A stretch of 64,000 bases of DNA from Eledone cirrhosa (Eukaryota). The notes under the pieces were generated by a model. The model saw only the letters and a list, made by a program, of their open reading frames with translations. It was not told where the DNA came from and searched no databases. Below, in pieces: positions 25,913 to 39,051 of the stretch. The stretch covers positions 177,692,001 through 177,756,000 of the forward strand of contig OZ024743.1 in assembly GCA_964016885.1 (NCBI GenBank), written 5' to 3'. Every line of letters begins with the position of its first letter. Positions within the stretch are counted from its first letter, which is position 1. Position numbers and translations under genes: made by a program.

Positions 25913-27111
25913 CGTCTGCGTGTGTGTGTGCGTGCGTGCGTGTGTGTGTGTGTGTATGTGTGTGTGTGTAATTAAATCAAACTTTGCCTCAATTACGCTT
26001 GATAACGGAAGGATAGTTGAATTTATAACATTCTGGTAAACTGCATTATTTTTGAAACCACAACCAATATTCCAATGAAGTATTCCAGGGAGATGCAATA
26101 TATTCCTGGCAGAGTAATTTAATATATCTATGTATACTTGGTGTTGTTAAACAAAACTGTCCTCCACCTACGTTGGTCACGTAGTTATCTATACAACCAA
26201 CATAGCAGTAATCTTCCTTTATATGTTAACTCATTTCAGACATAAACACTACAACCTCACACACCCAACCTGGATCGTTCGTTCTCCGACAGGTTTGCCG
26301 TCGAGCCCGTAGCAGTGGATACTTCTGGTGTCCTTGGCCCTAGCACTACCTCTCTACTCACCACCATCAGCAGGGAGTTGGCTACCAGTAGCAGTGGAGT
26401 CTTCTTGTGAACGTGGCCCTAGGACCACTTCCCTTCTTACCACCATCCGTACGGAGTTGGCTACCCACAGGTGAGAGCCTAGCAAGCTGGAATGGATCTC
26501 CTAACGCGTCTCCCTCACCATCCTCCGGGGAAATTCCTTCTCTTTTCTGTCCGCCTGTTCCGCGGGTAGGCCAGCACGTGGGCCCCCATTTGCTTATAAT
26601 AGTGAGAGATTGGCAGAGCGAGAGGGCTGAAGGCAGTGAGTGAAAGAGAAAGAACATCAACCCTTATTTCTTATTTGCTTGTAGTAACAACCAGGAACAG
26701 CACCAACTGAATAAATACAAACGATAATGTCTACAACAACGACAGTAACAACAACAGCAACAACAATAACAACAATAACTATATGAAACGTCATTAGGAA
26801 CTGAATATTTCAACGTTCTCTCGGGTCTCGAATAATCGTCCCCCATCCCCTAACCTTTATAATTTTTCAGATTTTTTCCACCCCTGCTTTTGTTTCACCC
26901 ATACCCACATAGTAAATTATGCTAATCTATCACCTTAATAGAAATGAACCTCACCTGTCAGTCAGACCTTATATCACATTGGAGAGCCTTTGATTTATAT
27001 CGTAATGTAAGATCTCATTGTATGAATTTAAATATATATATTTTTCAGAAAATGTCGCTCTACATCGCTGAATACAATAAATGTAATCTGAGTTTTTCGA
27101 ATATTAATAAT

Positions 27112-27200
27112 TGTTTCTACTTTAGGCACAAGGCCAGCAATTACCCAGTGCATTACTGGTACTTTATTTTATCGACCCCGTAAGGATGAAAGGCAGAGTA
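27112..27200 (-). mobile_element. 5'-truncated SINE, 12-bp TSD
   Basis: TSD aatattaataat at 27100 and 27201. Confidence 0.8.
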
Positions 27201-27952
27201 AATATTAATAATAACATTCGATTCGTTTGCATTTGTGCAAACAAGCCTCAATTTTATAGCCATGTCAGTAGAATGAACACTTCATTCTTGCTCTTGTGTT
27301 GGCATGCGAACAGAACTGCAGCCACTAATGTTTCTGGGTATCACCCATCATCAGTACTGTTCACCTGTCAAACTGTTAGAGCTAGTGAACATATATGCTA
27401 TTTTCAAAAATACACAGTGACTGATCGGCCTGATTTGCATATTAGCAGACTGGCTGATCTGTCAGATCTGCATCTTAGCAGATCCACTGATCAGCCAGAT
27501 TTGCATATCAGCAGACTGGCCAGTTTCCATCTGAGATGTGAGAAAAGCCACAAACCCTCCATCTCAATTCTACTTTTGAAAAGCAGAAGAACTGCGAAAC
27601 CGGTAAAGGAACCAAATAAATATATATTTAAAAAAAAAAGACTCCAGTTGCATTTTCGATTTCATCTTTTTTCCTTATACTTTCACTCGTGTAGGACACC
27701 TCCTTATTTTTTCATTTTGTAAAAAAAACCTCACTTTCTAATATACATAGGAAACGATTCAGGACACCAACAACGGCTGATCTCCGGCCGTTTCGACAGC
27801 TAGATCGGATTTATCTGTCGAAGCGGCCGGAACTCGACCGAACTCAGCTGTTGGGGTCCTGACTCTTTTAGTATTACCCACTCAACTACCCTAAGTATCG
27901 AGTACTCTGGTGCGTTATGGTACACCCGCGTTATCTTACCACACCTTCTTTG

Positions 27953-28007
<55 letters not shown>

Positions 28008-28267
28008 TGCGTGTGTGTGTATGTGTGTGTTTAATATTGACGGTCTCACAATGCTGTAAAGGGAATTTCTACCTTCGTTGAGACCTGCTAACCTGAGGTT
28101 TCTTTTGTGTAGTCACAGAGTAATTCGACAAAGGATATACAAACACACACATATATATAAACACACAAGCGTGTAAGCATGTATGGGATGGTGTTGCAGG
28201 ATAATGAGGTGGAATTGGAGGCGACTTCTAGAAAAGTAGAATGGTAATACAGAGATTATACTCGAAT

Positions 28268-28324
<57 letters not shown>

Positions 28325-28586
28325 CCTTTGTGAAACATGTTTGAAGTTTGAAGTTCTGACCGATCTGCGGAAAAGTTTGTATTTTGAATTTTAAACGTGT
28401 CTAGGTACCAAGGCTTTTTGCCCATATGAGTCTGTGAGTATTGATTTATTATTTTCTAGATCGTACAGGCAGACCTTATGTTGTTGAATTAAGATTTTTC
28501 ACTCTAGCGATCTTATTAGTCAATTGCAACTATAACATGTAAATGTTCATCAAATATTAATTTATATATATATATATGTATGTATG

Positions 28587-28624
<38 letters not shown>

Positions 28625-28686
28625 AGTTTCAGAAGATCCCATTAAGGGTGAAAGCACCAATTCTTTGCTTAAACTTTAATCTGTTA

Positions 28687-28714
<28 letters not shown>

Positions 28715-28717
<3 letters not shown>

Positions 28718-29098
28718 TAATAAGAGGAATTCCAACTTTGTCTGATTTACTCGTTTTATTTACAATCCTTTAAAATATATAATGGTATTATAATGAAATA
28801 GTATGATAGAATATTAAATTCTAAGTGTTAATTGAACAAGTACTTTCATGCTTTCGCAATCTTCAGGTTCATAATATGTGGTGACAGTCGAGTTTGCAAT
28901 TTTCAACTGAAAATTGCAAACTCGACTGTCACCACATAATCTGAACCTGAAGTTTGCGAAAGCATGAAAGTACTTGTTCAATTAACACTTAGAATTTAAT
29001 ATTCTATCATACTATTTCATTATAATGCCATTATATATTTTAAAGGATTGTAAATAAAACGAGTAAATCAGACAAAGTTGGAATTCCTCTTATTAATA
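28715..29098. mobile_element. 384-bp near-perfect palindrome with an HHR-like motif in each arm
   Basis: Centre about 28906; tgaac CTGAAGA TTGC gaaa GCAT GAAA GTAC TT gttca at 28833-28871(-) and 28942-28980(+). Confidence 0.85.
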
Positions 29099-29148
29099 TA
29101 ATCTTCTATACACAATCATACACACCCGTGTATATTTACCTATCTATA

Positions 29149-29250
<102 letters not shown>

Positions 29251-29269
29251 AATAAATGTGAATTACTCT

Positions 29270-29465
29270 TCCTCGTTCATTTATTTCTGAATGTCCTCAA
29301 ACATTCCTTCCAGTGGGTCCTGTCAGATGCAAGCAGCTCCAACTGATCCAGCTAGATTCTCTAGTGAGACCACTCAAGCTCATGGATAGTTTCGCCTGTA
29401 AAATATGTCCAGCGATTCTTTGCAAAGAAATTCTAGCTACATGCCTGAAATATCGGAGCTGTGAC
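29270..29465 (-). mobile_element. RTE-like LINE 3' fragment (related to 36263-36510)
   Basis: QLRYFRHVARISLQRIAGHILQAK. Confidence 0.55.
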
Positions 29466-30460
29466 TTGGTACGAGTGATGAAGAACGTGTCCTGCATGTG
29501 CGACCCAACTGAAAGACACATGCAACACTTCATCAACCGCATGCAGTTCTCTGGCTACAACCAAAGAGACAGAATCAGACTATACAAAGGAACTCCGGAG
29601 AAATATAAGACCCTCATAGAAATGGACATGAAAGGGATTTGCCCATTATACAGGAGCAAATCATGGAATAGCTTAGATAGGGCTAGACATAAGATAGGGA
29701 AAGCCACTTCATGGTACGACAACCAGAGATACCAAAGTGTCATGTTCGTGGATGCTACCCCTTGAGAGAAATTTGCTAACCAATGTAGAAAGACCCTAAG
29801 TAAGACCCACTTAAAGATTAAAGTGGTAGAAAAGCCAGGAATTACCATAAAATCGCTGATCAGCACAACATACCCCTTTAAGAAAACCCACTGTACTAAT
29901 AAGAAATGTGCTATATGTAAAGTGCACCCCCAGATAAACTGTAAAACTAGAAATGTAGTCTATAGCATAAGCCGTACAGAAATATATAGGTGAGACATAC
30001 ATAGGTGAGACAGCTTGAAGCATAGGAGAAAGAATAGACCAGCACTGGGGAGAATTAAAGGACAAAAAAACCGTTCAGTACTATACGAACACGCCAGAAA
30101 AGACATGACGGTAATATAGACAACATAGAAATTAAAATAATATCTAAACATAGAAATTACCCAACAAGTAGGCAAATCAGAGAAGCGAGTGAAATAGTGC
30201 TTAGAAAACCAAAGTTAAACAGGAAAAACGAATGGAATAACAACAAGAACCATACCCAAACAAATAATACTGACTTTAGAGATATATAAATGAATAAATA
30301 AATATATATATACACAAGCAAAATAACAACAAACACATATAAACACACACTAGTAAACAAAAATAGAATACAAAAACCAAACGACATACACTCAAACGGG
30401 AACACACGCACCAAACATTATACACACACGTAAACGCATGCGCAGAGACGGAGACAAAAA

Positions 30461-30503
<43 letters not shown>

Positions 30504-30603
30504 AAATTAAAATGGTGTAAACATTACAATACAATACAATAGGAGGGAAGATGATAATAGTACTACTGATGATGTTGCAAATGTGCAAGGAAAGAACTTT
30601 GTT

Positions 30604-30665
<62 letters not shown>

Positions 30666-30870
30666 TATATATCTGTATTTTTAACCGCTGGTCAAACATT
30701 GATTGCCAAATAAATTAACTATGGAGATACAAAAGATACAGAAGCGAAAACCAACCAAACAGTGAATGTGTTCTGTTATTATTTCTGGCAATATTATTAC
30801 AACAATATGACCCTCCCCAAGCATAACAATATTTGTTTCGACACACGATTTCATATCAAAAACCTTGCAA
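29465..30870 (+). mobile_element. Second PLE family, decayed 3' ORF plus pLTR with HHR-like motif (30559-30608)
   Basis: MQFSGY..LYRSKSW..SVMFVDATP..IKVVEKPG..C..C..NCKTRNVVY..YIGET..RQIREA..LNRKNEWN; CTGATGA TGTTGC..GCAAG GAAA. Confidence 0.8.
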
Positions 30871-31747
30871 AAGAAATATATATATATCCTTTGTTTAACA
30901 CCTCGAATCTACCCGCCAAAATCGAGGGTTGCTTCCCTTGTTGGAAATAACACGTGATAAATAAATGTGCGTTCAGCTCGCTCATAGCGGCAGCATTTAG
31001 AATCCCCCTCGCTTTTGGAAAGAACGGAACTCCTGTTGATGAAATGAGTCCTCTGTTCGATCATGGAATACCACGAGCGTGCCTGTTACGAAAGTCGGAA
31101 ATTTGATTTCGGATTCACAGAAACACTTTAAACGTATATCGTTTAATTTGTCCAGGTGTATCTTTTATTAACCTGTTAGTTTTTTCGTTGCTCTGGTATT
31201 GTGTGTTAGGTTTTGCCTACCACAATGTTCAATTTGTCAAGCTATTTAAACGTATGTTGTTACTCTAAGTGCTTTGCTAACTCATTCATATTGTAGGTCA
31301 ACTTTGCTTGCCCACAGCCAAAGCTTCGATTTTACTAAGCTTCCACATGTATATATATATATATATATATATACATGTGGGGGGGGGGGTCTGTGTAGGT
31401 GTGTGTGTGTAAAAGGTAAACAGAAATAACAACACAATTGATACAGTACATGGAAAGAAGGATGGATTCAGATTGGAACTGGTTAAACAATCACTCACGA
31501 GAGTTAAACAATCACTCATGAGATAGTTGGGGTAGTATAGTATGGTTATATTACAAAGAGTCGTGTCCCAGGTGGCTGAGGTCTTGTCATTTCAACATTT
31601 AGTTCCAGCTCGTGTGGAATTCGCTGTGGAAACCCAAAGAGCTCAGCCGTCGGGGTCCCGACTCTTTATCATATATATATATTTGAAAAAAAAAGAAAAG
31701 AATGACTTCACTTGTAGTTCTAAATAATTTTATTTTATTTAATATTA

Positions 31748-34075
31748 TCTACTTATATATATAACCAGCAATTTCTCTGTTTGTCTGTCCGACAGTGGAA
31801 ACACGTGCGTAGAGAGAGAGTGAGAGTGAAAGAAAGAGACAGACTACGAGAGGAGGATAGCGGGAGGGAGAGAGGGAGAGAGAGTGAATAGACGCTAAAA
31901 CACGTGCTACAGAAACATTACCTTCCCCTCTCCACTGACTTTGGTCACTGAGGCCGAGGGAATCGCTAGTTGCTATAGAGACACCTTGCACAAGCCAGAA
32001 GTAACCAGTTCGAGGCGGTTCTGACTTGACACCATGCGAAGGAAGAAGGTTGCCATTGAATTTGTGGTTGTTGCTGCTGATAATAAGGACCATTTGAAGA
32101 AGGTTGCTGCTGATGAGGTAATTTATTAATCAGATTGCGCAGTTCCATAACCTACGTTTGATTTGTTCAATTTTTTTCTTCAATTTTTTTAGTTTTTTTT
32201 TTTATTTCTTATTGAAAAAATATAAATAATAAAATAAGGTTAGAAATTTAAATACAATTAAATACGATTTAATTTCCATTTCCAGCAGGCAATGTCCAGT
32301 GTTCAATTTCATGAGAAAATTGGAAAAATTCAAAAAATTGAAGTTTAACTTTTGAACATTTGTTTTGACAATAAAAAAATATTTCCTTATTCACACCTAA
32401 TGGTATGATTAAAATTTCATAGGAATATTTTTTTCTAACCGCCAGTTATTTAAATATTATTAAAAATAAATTATTTTTTTTAAAAGCATGGAAGATTTTG
32501 TGGATTTGTTTACCACCTTCCAAGCCTTAAACACTAATTCTGGCGAATTTGTGTTTTGTAATGACCCTCAGGACGCTGCTATTGTTGATTCCAATAGCGC
32601 CTGGTATTCGAATATGTTAGTATACAATTTTTTGAATAAAATTAAGGCGCAATTAGAGCTGCCAAACAAAATTTTTTTCGGCTTCGGCCCATATTATTTT
32701 TGGGATAATTCTATTGGCTCTAATGAGTCTGCCTCTGTTGGCGTTATTTTCGACAGTCACCATTTCTTGACTTTCAAGTCTATATATGTAAAGCTGAGGT
32801 TGTATGTCTGTCTGTCTACTAAAGCCTTCGGCACACATCTCCTCTTAAACCGTACGTTCAAATTTCGGTGAAATTGCTACACTTATAGATGAAGGTCCGG
32901 TGGAGTCTTCGGTCAAAAACATTTTCAAATCGACCCACGCCAAGTGTAAAAATCGAATTTGTAATCTATATATATAAAACTGAGGTTGTCTGTCTGTCTG
33001 TCTACTAAAACCTTCGGCACACATCTTCTCTTAAACCGTACGTTCAAATTTCGGTAAAATTGCTACACTTATAGATGAAGGTCCGGTGCATTCAACATTT
33101 TTCAAATCGACCCATGCCAAGTGTAAAAATCGAATTTGTAATCTCCTTATAATATATAACCAGCAATTTCACTGTCTGTCTGTCCGACAGTGGAAACACG
33201 TGCGCGCGTGCGAATGCTTTTTGCGCACGCGTAGAGAGAGAGTGAGAGTGAAAGAAAGAGACAGACTACGAGAGGGGGATAGCGGGAGGGAGAGAGAGAG
33301 GAGTGAATAGACGCTAAAACACGTGCGCGCGTGCGAATGTTTTTTGCGCACGCGTAGAGAGAGAGTGAGAGTGAAAGAAAGAGACAGACTACAAGAGGGG
33401 GATAGCGGGAGGAAGAGAGGGGGAATTGAGGAGTGCTACGGAAACATATATACATTTCTCTGTGTGTGTAATATATATATATATACACACACAGAAATAT
33501 ATATACACACAGAAATATATATACATTTCTGTGTGTGTAATATATATATATATATACACACAGAAATTTATATACATTTCTGTGTGTGTAATATATATAT
33601 ATACACACAGAAATATATATACATTTCTGTGTGTGTAATACATATATATATACACACAGAAATATATATACATTTATGTGGGTGTAATTTATATATATAC
33701 TAGCAGAAAACCACCCGATGGGTGGTTTTCTGCTAGTCTATATATCTAAAACAGAGAATGTCTGTCTGTCTGACTCACTAAAACTCGAGAACCAACCAAC
33801 CAATTGTTTTCAAACTTTACACATGTAATACTTATGGTCCTGTGAGTGTTTTGAGCAAAAGATATTTCGAATTTTCAATGCCCTAGGGACCGCATCAGGC
33901 GATTTAGCGATCTCTCTCTATAATTCTTAGTCTTTCTTTTTAGATAGATACATAGATATAACGTTGCGCCCTTATAATATCTGTCTGTATGTCTGGCTGT
34001 CTGCATTACGACATTATGACGCTATGTGTGTGTGTGTGTATGTATATATATATATAGTGTGTATATATATATATA

Positions 34076-34108
<33 letters not shown>

Positions 34109-35398
34109 GTCTGTAACGTTTTTCGAAATATTTACTTCTGCGTTCACAGATTTTAGTTCCAGAAGATCCCGTTAAGGGTGAAAGCAGCGATTCTTTGCTT
34201 AAACTTTAATTTGTTATTTTAATATCTATCTATCTATCTATCTATCTATATCTATATCTATATATATATATATATATATATAATTATATATTCGTGTACA
34301 GATATTTTTGCATACATAATAACAAAATATAAACAGAAGTATTTATTTCGCGATAAAGTATTGATTTTCTTCGCACGGAAAAAAACCCGTGTAATCTAAG
34401 ACGAATTTTTTTTATAAGCACAAAATGTAGATACCATCCTAAGGCCAAGGTATTCCGTACTTCTCTGTACTGTTTCAGAAAGGAGGGATAAGCATGCCAA
34501 TCTATGTTTAGAATCCCGAGCAACGCCGGGCCATTCTGCTAGTCTACTTATATATATAACCAACAATTTCTCTGCCTGTCTGTCCGACAGTGGAAACACG
34601 TGCGTAGAGAGAGAGTGAGAGTGAAAGAAAGAGACAGACTACGAGAGGGGGATAGCGGGAGGGAGAGAGAGAGAGAGAGAGAGTGAATAGACGCTAAAAC
34701 ACGTGCTACAGAAACATTACCTTTCCCTCTCCACTGACTTCGGTCACTGAGGCCGGGGGAATCGCGCTGAGCGCGTCATAATGACGTAATGCAGACAGCC
34801 AGACATACAGACAGATATTATAAGGGCGCAACGTTATATCTATGTATCTATCTAAAAAGAAAGACTAAGAATTATATAGAGAGAACGCTAAATCGCCCAA
34901 TGCGGTCCCTAGGGCATTGGAAATTTGAAATAATTTTTGCTCAAAACACTCTCAGGACCATAAGTATTACATGTCTAAAGTTTGAAAACAATCAGTTGGA
35001 TGGTTCTCAAGTTTTAGTGAGCTGAGAGACAGACAGACATTCTCTGTTTTAGATATATAGACGAGCAGAAAACCGCCCCGAGTGTGGTTTTCTGCTAGTC
35101 TATATATATAAAACTGAGGATGTCTGTCTGTGTGTGTGTGAGTTTGAATCCTTAAAACTCGTGAAACACACAAGCGACTGTTTTCAGACTTTACACATGT
35201 AATACTTATGTTCCAGGGAGTGTTCTGAGCAAAAAGAATTTCAAATTTTCAATGGCCTAGGGACCGCATTAGGCGACTTAGCGATCTCCCTCTATAATTC
35301 TTAGTCTTTCGCTTTTTAGATAGATACATACATATAACGTCGCCCTTATAGTATCTGTCTGTATGTCTGGCTGTCTGCATTACGTCACTTCATTGAGG

Positions 35399-35439
<41 letters not shown>

Positions 35440-35744
35440 TGTGAGTTTGAATCCCTAAAACTCGAGAAATACCCAACCGACTTTTTTCAAACTTTACATG
35501 TGTATTACTTATGTTTCAGGGAGTATTATGCACATAAAAAAATGAATTTTCTTGATCCCCTTAGGTGAAAACCTGCATTTTACCTGCTTCATCGATTAAA
35601 ATCTTAAAGATTATCCAGCCATCAAAATATTCGGTTTATTTTCTTTACATATCGTCCAGGCATGCAGTTTTTCCACGATTAGGTCTGTTAGCGGCTCGCA
35701 TTCCAAAATACCTTATCCCGTGCAACGCCGGGTACTATTGCTAG
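31748..35744 (+). mobile_element. Stack of non-autonomous Helitron-like elements
   Basis: Repeated TC(TA)-type starts (31748, 32779, 32965, 33142, 33737, 34543, 35099); 3' hairpins cccg.gcaacgccggg followed by CTAG (34542, 35744); outer A|T insertion. Confidence 0.8.
32488..32778 (+). CDS. Non-repetitive ORF fragment inside the Helitron stack, truncated by the next element
   Basis: 97 codons of protein-like composition (MEDFVDLF..WYSNMLVYNFLNKI..VIFDSHHF); function unknown. Confidence 0.35.
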
Positions 35745-36031
35745 TAATATTATAAAATTAAATCAAATTATTTAGAAATATGTCATTCTTTTCCTTTTTT
35801 TCCAAATATACTTAACTGTAGCAAGGATCTCACACATTTTCCAATATATATATATATATATACATATAAAGAAAAACCATTATGGATTTAAAACATCTAT
35901 ATTTATTCTCCACACGTTTCAATAATGTGGAGTAGTAATCCATAATCTATAATTTTGATTAATTGACTGCTCATCAGATTTATTTGATCCGACGGATTAA
36001 TAATCATAACAACACATCGTGCTTCCCAGGA

Positions 36032-36135
<104 letters not shown>

Positions 36136-36138
36136 CTT

Positions 36139-36173
36139 GAGTTGAAAATCCGTTGGGTGAAACACGTGTCCTC
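36139..36173 (+). ncRNA. Degenerate minimal hammerhead-like motif
   Basis: gag TTGAAAA TCC gttg GGT GAAA CACGTG TC ctc. Confidence 0.5.
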
Positions 36174-36262
36174 GAAGATGGTTTTCTAATATGTTGTGGA
36201 ACTAATTTTGTATACATATATATGTATATGTATATATATGTATATATATATATATATATATA

Positions 36263-36510
36263 TCTTCTTCTTCTTCTTCTTCTTCTTCTTCTTCTTCTTC
36301 TTCTTCTTTTTTCTTCTTCTTCTTCCAGCTGTTACTGTCAGAAGAAACTCTTTCCAACTGATCCGGCTGTATCCCCGAGAGAGACCAACCAAGCCCGTGA
36401 AAGTTATCCAACCACCTTCCTCGGGGTCTACCCCAGGGTCTCCTGCCGCTTGGTTTTGCCCGTAAAATCTGTCCACCGATTATTTCCTGATACATTCTAA
36501 ACACTTGCTC
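36263..36510 (-). mobile_element. RTE-like LINE 3' end with (GAA)n tail
   Basis: ILRAKPSGRRPWGRPRGRWLD followed by GAA repeats. Confidence 0.65.
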
Positions 36511-38003
36511 ATAATATCGGAGCTTTGAACTCTTACATGAGGGTAAAATGTAAGATCAAATGAAAGAGCCTCTCACATCAAAAGATATTGCAAGTAACTT
36601 CTCCGAATGTTTTTTCTATTTTTCTTCCTGTCTCAATTTTCTGTTTTAAAATGAGGAGTTGCCGTTTTCAACACATTTGGATTGATGTATTAAATACACG
36701 TAGAACGTGCAATAAAAAAAAGAATGGAATCGAATTGACCTGTATCGCTTTCCACGATGAGTGATCTAGTTGTTCGATTAACAAAAGAGCCAACTTGGGA
36801 AATTAACGCTAGCATTCGACAGACACAGGTTCGAGCACAGCAGATTTCTTGAGGAGGGAGATAAAGAGAAGAGAAATAATCAATCCAAGTAATAGACTGA
36901 TACTTTTTATATCAACCTTGAATGTATGAGAGGCGAAGTTGACCTCGGCAGGATTTGAACTCAGAGAGTATGGAGCCGGAACGAATATCGTTCCATCAAC
37001 TCTGCCAATACACCGCCTACTGTGCTAATGTTGAAATTCTATATTTCACATGGTAAACATTGATCATAAACCAAATGGAATATTACAACTAAAATATTAT
37101 GGCAAAAGCATACTAATCCTTTTATGTTCACATTTGATACATAAATAATATCTGAACTAAAATTCTAAATCCATTATTTGCAAATAAAGAAACCGCAATG
37201 GATGTTCGACTGTAATAATTATTTCATGAGGCATGATTTATTTCACTGTTATTGCTAAAACAACATATTGGTATAGTTGGTAAACATTAAATCATGAAAA
37301 GTGTGGCAAATTATGGAAATTATATTTTAGAAAAAATGATTGTTTTAACAGATATTAATAATATCGTTAGCGTCCATGGCAACGGAGGAAAGTATAGGGA
37401 AAAAAGGGTATTGTGGTAGTTGAAGTATGACGATTTCAACAAATCATTTCAAATAAATATGTATTCATTTTTTTGTCCACCAATATAGAATAATGGTTTC
37501 TGATTTAGACAAAGGGGCAACAATTTTGGGACAGGGGACATTCCACTGAATCGACCCATTGTGTTACTGGTACTTTATTTTATCGATCCCATAAGACTGA
37601 GCGGCAAAGCTAACATCGACGGGCTGTGAACATATTAATCGTTTGTGATTTAGGCACAAGATCAACAATTTTAGGGCAGGGAAAAGTTGATTGAATCGAC
37701 CTCAGTGTGTTACTGGTACTTTATTTTATTGACCCTGTAAGGGATTCGAACCGAAAAGGGTGGTAACTTTAAGTAATGACTAAGCAGCCAGAGTGGGATA
37801 AGAAAGCTGTTTCGACAATACAGGTGTTAAAAATAGCAGCAAATATCTCCCTCAAACCAGATAATTAACACTGATGAAGGACATGATATGTGTTGATAAC
37901 ATGGTTTCTGATAGACTACAATTACATAAAACAGGAGGGACACAATTCGAACAGGTCCTATCATGGATCCAATATGTGTGTGTATGTATGTATGTGTGTG
38001 TGT

Positions 38004-38074
<71 letters not shown>

Positions 38075-38465
38075 GTGGAGACATGAGCCGAATGCTACCA
38101 TTCTATTATACATCAATGTGAACTGCTATTTCTAATAGCCATCTTTTCACCTCTTACTAATTTGTCTGTGTGACACGGCACATAAATGTTCGGTAAACCT
38201 AATACGTACATATATATGTGTGCATGTATGTATGTAAATACATACTACTGTACGTCTGTATACATATATGTAAGTACGTATACATATTTATATTTAAGTG
38301 TCAGCCGTACTAAGAGTGAGAAATGAAATTTCATTTTTTCCATTTATCGCTTTCGGTACGCCCGGCCGATTAACTCACTCGATATGCAAATTAGGCTGTT
38401 CAGCCGTTAATATGCATAAGGAAAGTATATACTTCCAAACGTTCAATCAACTGACAGGAAGGTAT

Positions 38466-38508
38466 ACGGTGCTGATGACAGCTAATAAGCTAGAAACTAG
38501 TTCATCGT
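38466..38508 (+). ncRNA. Minimal type I hammerhead ribozyme in an about 424-bp partial tandem repeat (38184-38772)
   Basis: acggtg CTGATGA CAGCT aata AGCTA GAAA CTAG TT catcgt. Confidence 0.75.
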
Positions 38509-38768
38509 TCCTTTGTCAGTGTTGAACAAAATGGCAACGATGGTTGCCGAATAATGTACGGCTAATACTTTGGGCTGTTTGTTTACAAACAAACCGAGCA
38601 TTATAATAAACATTCGGTAAACCCATACGTACATATATATATATGTGTGCATGTATGTATGTATATACATACTACTGTACGTCTGTATACATATATGTAT
38701 GTAAGTATACATACTTATATTTAAGTATCAGCCGTCCTAAGAGTGAGAAATGAAAATTCATTTTTTCC

Positions 38769-38820
<52 letters not shown>

Positions 38821-39051
38821 AATTATACTATTTATGGTTATGTAAATACAAAAGCCTCTTACAGTTATATATATTTTTTTATACAAACCCTAAATAGTGG
38901 TAGGCAGTAATATATTACTACCTTATTACCAGTAAGTTAAGTAGCTCAATGTAAAAACATCAGATGATTTACAGAGCAGTTATATGAAATATAAGAATCA
39001 AAGAACTGTTCAAAACATTTTTATGCTTACAACTGTTTCCTCCAAACCGTT

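Noticed and set aside
27186-27722. 178-aa ORF
   Set aside because: Chimera of a SINE end, a short tandem repeat and a dispersed repeat also found at 62300-62520.
35948-35985. Degenerate HHR-like traces (also about 1615-1660 and 3590-3630)
   Set aside because: Core or stems too mutated to support; not counted.
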